Positions 20,924-30,151 of a DNA stretch of 64,000 nt are shown here, in pieces. The translations under genes were made by a program, and so were the position numbers. The notes beneath the pieces were generated by a model. It was not told where the DNA came from, did not search any database, and worked only from the letters and a program-made list of their open reading frames with translations. Every line of letters starts with the position of its first letter. Position 1 is the first letter of the stretch. The stretch covers positions 128,001-192,000 of the forward strand of contig CAVSHO010000011.1 of assembly GCA_963727825.1 (NCBI GenBank), written 5' to 3'. This DNA comes from Ignavibacteriota bacterium (GTDB lineage: Bacteria > Bacteroidota > Ignavibacteria > UBA10030).

Positions 20924-21094
20924 TTTGCGTTTGTGTCCTCTAATATCTACCTTTCTACTGCCAACTTAATATCACTCGCAATACCAACGGAGAACCATCT
21001 TGAGGCATGCGATTTTATTCGTATTATTTCCTATTTCTGCATTTAAGCATTTTGAAAATTATCAACGTGGCAGCTTAGCCACCATCCATTAGAT
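20924..21094 (+). repeat. ~170-bp repeat, inverted copy of 24366-24535, containing an attC-like site
   Basis: Shared ATCACTCGCAATACCAACGGAGA and GCAGCTTAGC blocks; TACCAAC...(A/G)TT core span is 113 bp in both copies. Confidence 0.75.
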
Positions 21095-21118
21095 ATATAT
21101 TTTTGATTACTAATTACA

Positions 21119-21487
21119 ATGATTTGTAAATACGAATATAAAAACGGTATCTTATTCCAGATATTTCCCGATGTTCTAAATTTTCATGACATTCATCCAC
21201 TTTCAATGGAGATGGATACTATTTACAAAGAATATTCCATTATGCCCAATTGTCTTGTTAATCTCCAAGCAATGAAATATTTTCAGGGAGACTTCAATGC
21301 AGTAATTGATTTAGCAGAGCTGCGTGGAGCAAAGAAATTCCCAAATCAAATAAAATCAGCATTATTAGTTTCAAATGATTTGCAATTAGGATTTGCCCGG
21401 ATGTATCAGACACTCAGCAAAAATCCACAAATAACGACAGAAATATTTAGGGATGAGCTAAAAGCTATTGAATGGTTAAGAATCTAA
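21119..21487 (+). CDS. Hypothetical cassette protein (STAS/SpoIIAA-like)
   Basis: KSALLVSNDLQLGFARMYQ...IFRDELKAIEWL resembles SpoIIAA-like small proteins. Confidence 0.6.
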   Translation: MICKYEYKNGILFQIFPDVLNFHDIHPLSMEMDTIYKEYSIMPNCLVNLQAMKYFQGDFNAVIDLAELRGAKKFPNQIKSALLVSNDLQLGFARMYQTLSKNPQITTEIFRDELKAIEWLRI

Positions 21488-21754
21488 TAATACTTCCCTG
21501 ACTGGCGGCTCAAGTTGAATACAAGAAAAATAGAAAGCCCAATATCTAACAGTATTGGGCTTTTCACTATAATAACGTAACCAGAATAAATTTATTGTAA
21601 CTCAGCCAGCGCTTGTTTTAACTATGAATCTTTTAACGATTGAGCAACGGCATAGCTTATACTGTTATCTAACATAGGCGATCCACGCTCATTCAGTCAG
21701 ATTAAGCATCTTGTTAAACAACATGTAATATAAATCTTTGTATACTAACCTAAA

Positions 21755-22021
21755 CTATTTCGCATCCGGTTCTTCTTGTTCTTTATCGTCTTTTTCCGCA
21801 AACCGTTCGATGAAATGGAAGAGATGGTAAGGACGTAGTATAAGATATAACCCGATGACAAGCTGAACACCAAAATGAATGATGGTATATTCATTTTGAA
21901 TAGATTGTGCTTTGTAATATCCAAGCCAGACGAAAATGATATTACATAATGATACAACGGCTCCAACCAATTGCCATACTCCCAAGAGACGAACACCAAC
22001 GACAAAAATATCTTTTCTCAT
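21755..22021 (-). CDS. Small two-TM cassette protein
   Basis: AGGAG RBS, two hydrophobic segments, acidic tail; follows a GTTAGGC core. Confidence 0.7.
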   Translation of the reverse strand: MRKDIFVVGVRLLGVWQLVGAVVSLCNIIFVWLGYYKAQSIQNEYTIIHFGVQLVIGLYLILRPYHLFHFIERFAEKDDKEQEEPDAK

Positions 22022-22069
22022 TTTGGTTCTCCTAATAGAATGGATTTATGTCTTTTGTTAATTTATGCG

Positions 22070-22226
22070 GCCTAACGTCCGTTGGCTAATCCACCGCACT
22101 GATAATTTTCAAATTGCACTAAACGAACCAAGTTCATTCATTGCACTTTCATATATGAAATAAATTTCTGAGTGTAATGCAAAATGCACCTACGCTCGTT
22201 CGGTTAGCTTGAGCGCTCGGTTAGGC
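22070..22226 (-). other. attC-like recombination site
   Basis: GCCTAAC...GTTAGGC; its inverse core TTATGCCTAAC complements the cassette start GTTAGGCATAA over 11/11 nt. Confidence 0.72.
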
Positions 22227-22330
22227 ATAACGGCGCTCAGGGCTTGATTTAAGCGTTCTTTGACAAATAATTAATTATTTCCTTGACAAAGTTAATAATA
22301 ATAATATATTTGTAGTGTGTTTGTTTTAAA

Positions 22331-22386
22331 GACCCGCTCAACAAACGTTCCCCTGGGAACTTCCGAGAGGATAGTTAGAGCGGGTT
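22331..22386. ncRNA. Candidate DUF3800-associated structured RNA
   Basis: Closing stem GACCCGCTC/GAGCGGGTT around two small hairpins; TTGACA-16-TATATT on + at 22283-22310. Confidence 0.45.
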
Positions 22387-23118
22387 TTGTTTTGTATATA
22401 CAACCCGATTAAAAATGTCTTGTATAAAAGATATTTTACTTTTTATTATATCATAATATTTTCTATCCGACCTCTCAAAAACTCCAGAAACCGCCCATCC
22501 GATATAGTCTGCAATTTGTAGCGCTGAATGACTATAATAGGGATTATGATAAAACTCTAATTTAGGATTGACTGTTATGCCGTATTTATTAAAAAATTCA
22601 ACTTTCAATCTTTCTATTTCTGCGTTTAAGTTTTTTTGAATGCCCAATTTTTTATCTTTTCTTGAAAGCACTATGTCACAATATTCGTGGGTATGTAATA
22701 TCCTTTTAAGTAACTCTCCGCACATTCCGTTATAAAATAGCTCTGGATTTCTTAGGTAACCTTCATAGGCTTTTAATTTTTCAGCCACAAGTATTAATGA
22801 TTTAAAATCGGACATAGAAGCTATTTCTTTAAAAAATATGTCTCTAAATATTACAGGGTCGTTAGAGGCGTGAAGAACTTCTAAGGAATCTCTCATTGTG
22901 ATATGGGGAATAATGTCAGCAGAGGTTAAACATTTTAACTTAAATTTAAGTACTTGCTCTTGAAGAATTATTGGAGTAGAGGTGGTAACAATGGAGATAA
23001 CTAAAAATTTGGATGTTTGATTAGTGGTAACAAGGTTTACCCCGCTTTTGGCAATAATTTCAGGTCTGCCCGATTCATCTAAGAAAATGTATTGCTTACC
23101 ACTTTTAGGTTCTTTCAT
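22375..23118 (-). CDS. DUF3800 domain protein (cassette)
   Basis: N-terminal YIFLDESG and C-terminal LQIADY (QxxD) motifs. Confidence 0.82.
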   Translation of the reverse strand: MKEPKSGKQYIFLDESGRPEIIAKSGVNLVTTNQTSKFLVISIVTTSTPIILQEQVLKFKLKCLTSADIIPHITMRDSLEVLHASNDPVIFRDIFFKEIASMSDFKSLILVAEKLKAYEGYLRNPELFYNGMCGELLKRILHTHEYCDIVLSRKDKKLGIQKNLNAEIERLKVEFFNKYGITVNPKLEFYHNPYYSHSALQIADYIGWAVSGVFERSDRKYYDIIKSKISFIQDIFNRVVYTKQNPL

Positions 23119-23134
23119 CCTCTCTCACCTTTAT

Positions 23135-23269
23135 GCCTAACGGACGGGTGCTAAGCTGCCGCGTTGATAATGTTCAATATGCACCCAAGAAAGTGAGTTC
23201 ATGCCGTAAAAGAAATTATTAAGACTGAGAACCTATGCCCACTCGCATTTTAAATAGCCGATGTTGGCA
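23135..23269 (-). other. attC-like recombination site
   Basis: TGCCAAC 4 nt after the stop codon, then GCAGCTTAGCACCCGTCC-GTTAGGC, RBS and the next ATG. Confidence 0.68.
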
Positions 23270-23273
23270 GTAG

Positions 23274-24341
23274 TTAATTATTTCTTATTATTAATATCAA
23301 ATCTGCCGCATCTTTCATTTCTGCTTTGTTAGGTTCTTTAATAATCAGTGGTTTTACGATAATGTTCTTTTGTTCTATGTTTGCCAATAAATCCCACATA
23401 ATCTCATGATATAAAATAATTATAGCCTGTTCTTTATCTTTGAAGTTGTATTTTTTTATGATTTCATTAAATGAAATATTTGAAATTGTATTATCACATA
23501 TCTTAATTGATATTTGTTTTGAAAGCTGATATAATTTGTCCTGATTATTCTCGTCTATTATAGGAATTGTAACTTTACCTTGTTCATCAAATATATTATT
23601 CTTTCCATAAGCTTCCATAACTCTTGTGTCAGTCACCTTGCCTGACAATCTGATGTTTTTTAATAATAATTTTAGTAAATCATCGTCATAAAAAGATTTC
23701 ATCAATTTATATGGAGCACCATTAGTTATAGAAATAGTAACAGAGCTGTCAGTCTCCGTGTTTGTCCCATATTTTAAATTGCGCTGAGATGCTAATATCC
23801 AGAAATAACCAGTCCAAGGAGAAATATTGTCCTTTGAATCTAATGGTCTTATTATTTTCTTTTCTTCAAATTCTTTCCAAATCAAACCATCAAGAACGTA
23901 TGAAAATGTGATTGAAAAGGCGTTTTGAGAACGACCAATTGAATTTAAATATGAAACTATATCTTTTATATCTTTTTCAATAAGAGGTATTATTTTATCA
24001 GCTATCTGTTTTGATTGGATTCTCAACTGATTGGTTTGATTTTCATCAAGAATAGGAATGTTTGAATAATATTTATTATTTTCTTGCCGAATAAGATTAT
24101 AAATCTTCAATAACTTTAATTGGCTGTCCGTATATGGTATATGAAGGCTGTCTAAACCTTTTTTGCTTAATCCGTTAGAGAATAACATTGTCAATTGCAA
24201 ATTATTATCACGTGATATTACCCATTGCGGGGTCTCCCTACCAGAACAATAACAGGTCATATCATAATTATTAGGATTTATTTGACCCATTAATTCTCCG
24301 CAATAGAGTATCATATTTAAAATTAGTAATTTGTGTTTCAT
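23274..24341 (-). CDS. Hypothetical exported protein (cassette)
   Basis: Start MKHKLLIL (signal-like) 25 nt after a GTTGGTG core. Confidence 0.7.
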   Translation of the reverse strand: MKHKLLILNMILYCGELMGQINPNNYDMTCYCSGRETPQWVISRDNNLQLTMLFSNGLSKKGLDSLHIPYTDSQLKLLKIYNLIRQENNKYYSNIPILDENQTNQLRIQSKQIADKIIPLIEKDIKDIVSYLNSIGRSQNAFSITFSYVLDGLIWKEFEEKKIIRPLDSKDNISPWTGYFWILASQRNLKYGTNTETDSSVTISITNGAPYKLMKSFYDDDLLKLLLKNIRLSGKVTDTRVMEAYGKNNIFDEQGKVTIPIIDENNQDKLYQLSKQISIKICDNTISNISFNEIIKKYNFKDKEQAIIILYHEIMWDLLANIEQKNIIVKPLIIKEPNKAEMKDAADLILIIRNN

Positions 24342-24365
24342 TGTGTCTGTTTTTTTAAAAATTAC

Positions 24366-24535
24366 CACCAACGTCCTGGTGCTAAGCTGCGGCGCTGATA
24401 GCTTTCCAATTGAATGAATTTAGAAACAGAAATTAGTACAAATAAAATCATATGCTTCAATATAGCTCTCCGTTGGTATTGCGAGTGATTTTAAGTAGCG
24501 GTAGAAAGTTAGGTATTAGAGAAGAAAAACGCAAA
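24366..24535 (-). repeat. ~170-bp repeat with attC/attI-like site heading the cassette array
   Basis: Inverted, diverged copy of 20924-21094; TACCAAC...GTTGGTG. Confidence 0.75.
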
Positions 24536-24573
24536 CTAAAGATATAAGAAAGGTTGTAAGATATGAACCAGAG

Positions 24574-25623
24574 TTAGAACTGTATCTTATTTACAGAAGA
24601 AACGAGAGTGCTTGGCAACAAGTGGCTATACGTATTCGCTGTAAGATTGACACTGCTATGCCCCAGTATCTTTTGAATCTCAAATATAGAAACTCCGCTG
24701 GCACATAGTAATGAAGCAGCTGAGTGTCTCGTAGAGTGAAAATGTAAATCTTCATTCAGTTCTGCATCTCTCACACACTTCTTAAAGTATCTGCTCACGT
24801 AACTTGCCTCGTATTTATATGTGCCCTTGTTGAAAACATACTCTCCCATTTGTGCTCGTTTCTGTAATACAGATTTAACCAAGTCGTGCATCGGCACTAT
24901 TCTATTTTTGCCAGTCTTTGTTTGAAAAAGTTCATCGTTTATAATTTGAATGACCGATGCCTGGAAATCTATTTGATGCCATCTTAAATTCACAATTTCC
25001 GAAAGTCTTAGCCCAGTGAGACAAGCAACAAGATACAAGTGTTTTAAAGTATCATTCTTTACGACAGCCAGCAACTTCTCAATATCTCCCTTTTTCATAA
25101 ACGATATTCTCCGTTCGGCTTGTTTCACTTGTTGTGAATGTCTAAACGGATTCTTTAGCAGATATCCATTATTCACAGCGCATTGAAAAACTGACTTCAT
25201 AGCCCGATAATACATATTGACAGTAGTTGCGCTTTTCTTTTTCTGCAGGCAGTGGTTTTTGAATCGTTCAACGTCTTCCAAAGTGTATTGACTCAACAAC
25301 TTGTCACCAGTCGCGGCAAGAAAATATCTCTGCGCTGAATTGTGTATCTCAACTGTTTTGAATCGTAACAGACTAGATTTGAGTGATAAATACAAGCCGT
25401 AAAAAGAAGAAAGCGTGTGCATCACTGACATTGGTTCAACTGTATCTACTTTTTCATTTCTTATAAATGAAAGTGCGTCATTTTTCTTTTTACAGTGAGT
25501 AGATTTCCATTGAATCTTGCCGGTAGAATTTTTAATACCATAATAGTAAATCTTATTTTCAGAGCGTCTATTAAAATAAACCTTTGACATTATGAACTCC
25601 TTTCGTGATTGAAAAGAGCCCAT
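24574..25623 (-). CDS. Tyrosine integrase (phage/island type; start may be the MSKV ATG at 25590)
   Basis: TGLRLSE, HSTRH, ILGH, NTYSH; N-terminal arm-binding-like domain resembles the other two integrases. Confidence 0.9.
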   Translation of the reverse strand: MGSFQSRKEFIMSKVYFNRRSENKIYYYGIKNSTGKIQWKSTHCKKKNDALSFIRNEKVDTVEPMSVMHTLSSFYGLYLSLKSSLLRFKTVEIHNSAQRYFLAATGDKLLSQYTLEDVERFKNHCLQKKKSATTVNMYYRAMKSVFQCAVNNGYLLKNPFRHSQQVKQAERRISFMKKGDIEKLLAVVKNDTLKHLYLVACLTGLRLSEIVNLRWHQIDFQASVIQIINDELFQTKTGKNRIVPMHDLVKSVLQKRAQMGEYVFNKGTYKYEASYVSRYFKKCVRDAELNEDLHFHSTRHSAASLLCASGVSIFEIQKILGHSSVNLTANTYSHLLPSTLVSSVNKIQF

Positions 25624-25675
25624 ATACGGTGTATATAAACTGTATATCTTTTACGAGAGATTCAGAAAATCAAAC

Positions 25676-25704
25676 TTGAAATAGAAGTCTAAAACCATTA
25701 TATT
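25676..25704 (+). promoter_or_regulatory. Element-supplied promoter for tRNA-Asp
   Basis: TTGAAA-17bp-TATATT, 15 bp before the tRNA. Confidence 0.55.
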
Positions 25705-25719
25705 ATCTTATAATTTAAC

Positions 25720-25794
25720 GGGGTCGTAGCTCAGCTTGGTTAGAGCGCCTGCCTGTCACGCAGGAGGTCGCGAGTTCGATCCTCGTCGGCCCCG
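25720..25794 (+). tRNA. tRNA-Asp(GTC)
   Basis: Cloverleaf; CCTGC-CT GTC AC-GCAGG; G discriminator. Confidence 0.95.
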
Positions 25795-25855
25795 CAGAAA
25801 TGGAAAACCCCTTTATGGGGTTTTTTCATTTCTGTACCAGACACGAGAATGTGTC

Positions 25856-26365
25856 TCGCCTGTCCCGCCGCTTTTGGGCGGGATCGGCCCCGCAATAAAA
25901 GCCTATCTTATGATGGGCTTTTATTTTTACTATATGTCTCATTACACGTATATCATCCAAAGTCAAACAACCGATACATTCTACATCGGCTCAACACATA
26001 ATCCTTCCCTACGGCTTCAGCATCACAATAATGGATGGACAAAGTCTACCAAGTCCGGTATTCCTTGGAAATTAGTTTATCTCGAAGAACATCTCACAAA
26101 ATCCGACGCTATGCATCGTGAATATGAAATCAAGCGAATGAAAAGCCGTGTTTACATCGAGGGACTTATTCGGCACGCAGGAGGTCGTCCCGATGCAACG
26201 TAGTTGTATCGGGAATCCTCGTCGGCTCCGCATAATAAAAAATCCCCAAATGGGGATTTTTTATTATGTAATAGCCATAAGTTTGTTCATCGCCTGTCCC
26301 GTTAATCGCCAGATTGACGGGATCGACCCCGTAAAAAACGAGGGTTTTTAACACCCTCGTTTTGT
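25856..26365 (+). repeat. Three tRNA-Asp 3'-fragment/hairpin/terminator units
   Basis: Units at 25856-25894, 26174-26232 and 26290-26333, each with a TCCCG...CGGGA hairpin, a tRNA acceptor end and a terminator-like stem. Confidence 0.8.
25934..26203 (+). CDS. Small standalone GIY-YIG nuclease (YhbQ/UPF0213-like), 89 aa
   Basis: YTYIIQS...FYIGST...RLQHHNNG...TK...PWKLVY.E...AMHREYEIK. Confidence 0.88.
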   Translation: MSHYTYIIQSQTTDTFYIGSTHNPSLRLQHHNNGWTKSTKSGIPWKLVYLEEHLTKSDAMHREYEIKRMKSRVYIEGLIRHAGGRPDAT

Positions 26366-26498
26366 TTTATATAAGACCGTCAGTCAATACTCATTTTTAA
26401 ATGGAAACAATGCATCCTTGGAAATTTGTTGAATCCATGAGACAGGAGCAATCAGCAATGTTGAAAGTCCCTATCAAATTTGTACAATAATTCCGATC

Positions 26499-28038
26499 CT
26501 AATCCAACTCTAACATCACTACACATTTTGCCGGCAGGTTGACGTTGAGTATCCCTTTCTGTAAATGAGCTCCGGAAAAAGGCTTTATACTCACTTCTTC
26601 GGGCTTCCCAAAATCGTTATATGCATTCATTTTTTCAGCAGTAATGATTTCTCCGGAAACATTTTTCATTGAGGTGCCGAGTAATTCACAGCTTAGTTTC
26701 TTTTCTTTCACCGGATCTAAATTTGTTATGCTGATGTGTATCTTTCCGTTTTTATCCTTAGACGCTGAAACACTTAACGATTGTATTTTATCGGTTCCGT
26801 TAGAGTATTCTTCACTTATTAATTTGATAGGAAGCATTGTTGCTTCCTGATGCACTGAATACATTTTGAAGACATAATAGGTTGGAGTTAATACTATTTT
26901 GTCACCTTTCGTCAGGATTACAGACTGCAAGACATTTACCATTTGGGCAATGTTTGCCATCCTGACGCGGTCGCAATGGTTATTGAAAATATTCAGATAG
27001 AGCCCAGCCGTCACGGCATCGCGCAGCGTGTTTTGCTGATACAGAAAAGCCGGATTGTCGCCCGGTTCTGTATCGAACCAGTTTCCCCATTCATCTGCAG
27101 TTAATGCAATTTTCTTTTCTGGGTCATAACGATCCATAATTGCAGAATGCTGATTCAGGTTTTCATCAACGACCACAGTCTTTTGCATCGGTACTGAACC
27201 ATTCACTCTCGTCAAAATTGACCGCTGACCCTTTCTTTGTCCAGTTATGGCAGATCGTATAATAATGATAAGAATATCCCTGAATGAGATCGCTGTATTT
27301 TTTTGTGGCTTTCATAACGGTCTCTGTCCAATTGAGATCATCCGAAGTACCGCCTGATAGAATTTTGAATTTGCCCGGACAGAAAGTGGAAAATTGTTTA
27401 AAAATATTTGAATAAAACTCTGGGGTCATATTACCACCGCATCCCCAGGTCTCATTTCCAATTCCCCAGAATTTCACTTTCCATGGCTCGCTTCGCCCAT
27501 TGATACGGCGCAGGTTCGCCATCGGACTGTCGTTGTTAGAATTTACATATTCCACCCAATCACGTGCTTCTTTTATCGTTCCACTACCAACATTGATGGA
27601 AAGGTACGGTTCGGCACCGAGTAATTCACAAAAATCTAAAAATTCATGTGTACCAAAGCTATTATCTTCTACAACTCCACCCCAGGTAGTATTGACGAAC
27701 TTCGGCCTTTTTTCGACTGGACCAATACCGTCCATCCAATGATATGTATCAGCAAAGCATCCTCCAGGCCAGCGAACAACAGGAACGTGGATGGCTTTCA
27801 GAGCATCCAGAACATCATTGCGAATACCGCGCGTATTGGGTATTGGTGAATTTTTACCTACCCAAATTCCGCCATAAATACATCGGCCTAAATGTTCTGT
27901 AAAATGTCCGTAAATATATTTGCTGATTGTTATTTTGCCAGAATCAGCATTTACAATCAAAGTATTCGTCGATTGCTGTGCATTAACTTTCAATGTAATA
28001 ATGAGGATGAGACAGCATAGAGTGATAATCTTTTTCAT
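26499..28038 (-). CDS. abfA: GH51 alpha-L-arabinofuranosidase, frameshift near 27190
   Basis: YGHFTEHLG, RWPGGCFAD and WGIGNE in one ORF; DEWGNW and MANIAQMVNVLQ in the next frame. Confidence 0.85.
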
Positions 28039-28173
28039 TATGTCTATATCTCCGTATTCAAAATTCATATAGATAGTATGGATTTTATCCTAATTGTAAA
28101 TATACATAACATATTAAAATCTTCCTATTAATTCTTAGACTTTTCTGAATTTGAAACGATAAAAATCAGTTTC

Positions 28174-28202
28174 TTGCTTCCGTTTTCATCGTTTCGTATA
28201 TT
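28174..28202 (+). promoter_or_regulatory. Probable original host promoter of tRNA-Arg(ACG)
   Basis: TTGCTT-17bp-TATATT. Confidence 0.55.
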
Positions 28203-28224
28203 AGTACATAATTAAGTAAATAAT

Positions 28225-28462
28225 TTTGCACCCATAGTTCGAAAATTGCCTGCGAATGCATTTTATGAGCAGAAGCAATTTTCAGAATCTCCCGCTTTTC
28301 AGGATTCCGCTTTTGAAGCGGGATTCAAAAAGCGGAACCGCCGGTATTTGGCGGGACTTAATAATATTGTATTAGTTTGCACCCATAGCTTCCAAATCGG
28401 CCTGCGAGTGCAACGAGCAGCAGCCGATTTGAGAATCCCGTTGAACGAAGTGATAACGGGAT
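28225..28462 (+). repeat. Two tRNA-Arg(ACG) 5'-fragment units fused to nested hairpins
   Basis: TTTGCACCCATAG at 28225 and 28376, each followed by a hairpin, AGAAT and a TCCCG...CGGGA stem. Confidence 0.78.
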
Positions 28463-28609
28463 CTTAATTTGATCTTTGCACCCATAGCTCAATTGGATAG
28501 AGCGGCAGCCTACGGAGCTGTAGGTTGGGGGTAAAAAGCTTTCAAAACATTTCAATTTCTACATTTCCTTCCTTCGTGGGTACTAATTTGGTGACCTTCT
28601 GCCTCAGAA

Positions 28610-29692
28610 ATGGGGTTTCCAATGTTCCTCTCCAAACATTCCAACGGTACCTATTATCTGTATTATTCCAACGAACAAGGCAAGAGAAAAAAGGTATCTA
28701 CTCATTGCCAATATAAAACCGATGCGCTCCAGTTTCTGCAATCGTTCAAAAGTGATGAACACGAACGGAGACAAAAAGCAAAGCATAAACTACTTTCAGA
28801 ACTCCAGAATGATTTTCTTCCTTATGCAGATGCTAACTTTAGCAAGGGAACGGTAGATATTTACAAAGCAGCACTAAAGAACTTTGTTTGCATTGTCGGT
28901 GATTTACCACTTTCATCATACACTCCTCAGCACTTCGATACTTACAAAACAGAGAGACAAAAACCTGTCAAGGTGGTAACGGTCAAAGATGGACATAAAG
29001 CAGAGACAGAGAAGATTGTAAAGCCAGTAACTGTAAACATCGAACTCCGGACGTTGAGGGCTTTCTTCAACACAGCTGTAAGGTGGAGACTACTCGAAAG
29101 CAATCCATTCAAAATTCAACTCGTAAAGATACCGGAGAATAAGCCAACATTCCTCACAAAGGAAGAATTTCAAAAGCTTCTTAATGTGATTGAAGAACAT
29201 TGGTTGAAGGAAATCATTATCTTTGCAGTAAGCACCGGATTGCGTAGAGGCGAATTAGTGAACCTAAAATGGAATTGTATAGACCTCAGCCGAAAGTTGC
29301 TGTATATCGAAAGCACTCCCACGTTTCGCACGAAGTCCGGTAAAATGAGAATAATACCGTTGAACGATACAGCTCTCTACATATTGCAAGCAAAGCAAGG
29401 AAAAGATACTTCTGAATATGTTTTTTCGATGAACGGCAAGCAAATCTTTGCCGATTGGATTACGCACTTGTTCAAGCGGTATGTGAGACTTGCGAACCTC
29501 AGCAATCAGGATATACATTTTCATTCACTCCGGCACTCGTTTGCTTCTTGGCTTGCTCAGGACGGTACTTCTGTTTATGTGATTAAAGACTTGCTCGGAC
29601 ATTCAGACGTAAAAACAACTCAGATATATAGCCATTTACAACCTGAGAGTTTACATAAAGAAGTGAATAGGATTTCGATACTTATGAATTGA
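28610..29692 (+). CDS. Tyrosine integrase, intact; close paralog of the island 1 integrase
   Basis: R-H-R-H-Y catalytic motifs; long identical stretches with 6841-7927. Confidence 0.93.
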   Translation: MGFPMFLSKHSNGTYYLYYSNEQGKRKKVSTHCQYKTDALQFLQSFKSDEHERRQKAKHKLLSELQNDFLPYADANFSKGTVDIYKAALKNFVCIVGDLPLSSYTPQHFDTYKTERQKPVKVVTVKDGHKAETEKIVKPVTVNIELRTLRAFFNTAVRWRLLESNPFKIQLVKIPENKPTFLTKEEFQKLLNVIEEHWLKEIIIFAVSTGLRRGELVNLKWNCIDLSRKLLYIESTPTFRTKSGKMRIIPLNDTALYILQAKQGKDTSEYVFSMNGKQIFADWITHLFKRYVRLANLSNQDIHFHSLRHSFASWLAQDGTSVYVIKDLLGHSDVKTTQIYSHLQPESLHKEVNRISILMN

Positions 29693-29732
29693 ATGTGTTT
29701 TGAATAATAAATAAAAGAGCGTCGGTAGTGTC

Positions 29733-29882
29733 TTAATTTGGATGTGATGGAGGTGGAAAAATATCATCAATTAATGGTCTAAGCACATATCCAGCGGCAA
29801 GACCAACAATAAGTAATTGTCCACCCGATGGAAGAAAAAAGAATATAATAACGAGAATAATAAATATTACCATTTTTGCCAT
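29733..29882 (-). CDS. Small membrane protein (49 aa)
   Basis: GGAG RBS before MAKMVIFIIL...; two hydrophobic segments. Confidence 0.5.
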   Translation of the reverse strand: MAKMVIFIILVIIFFFLPSGGQLLIVGLAAGYVLRPLIDDIFPPPSHPN

Positions 29883-30151
29883 TTTAATTTCTCCATAGAC
29901 ACTATTATGCGGCTTTCTTATTTTATCGTTTGACAACCAGCAACTCAAACTGACGCAGACCACATTGAAGGTACTGACTGCTGTTGGCAATGGCAATGAA
30001 TAAATATCATCAATCATAACACAGATGGCTCAATACGACTAGGAACAATTCAATTGTTTGTTGGGATTATTGGGATTTTTAAGAAAAACAACATCCATTA
30101 ATACCATCAAGATGGTAGTATCAGATTAGGTACAATGCGAGTGTTTTATCT

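Larger units (their letters stand above)
20565..25760. mobile_element. Island 3: ~5.2-kb integrative element at tRNA-Asp
   Basis: Degenerate 41-nt copy of the tRNA-Asp 5' half at 20565-20605 (36/41 identical to 25720-25760); integrase beside the intact tRNA. Confidence 0.8.

Noticed and set aside
24574-25623. Integron integrase IntI
   Set aside because: No IntI-specific insertion is visible, it is co-oriented with the cassettes, and its N-terminus matches the island integrases.
25736-25933. N-terminal extension of the GIY-YIG ORF (155-aa version)
   Set aside because: It reads through tRNA-Asp and two terminators; the family start fits the ATG at 25934.
28225-28532. Possible CRISPR array
   Set aside because: The repeats are only 13 nt of tRNA sequence, spacers are long and structured, and no cas genes are present.
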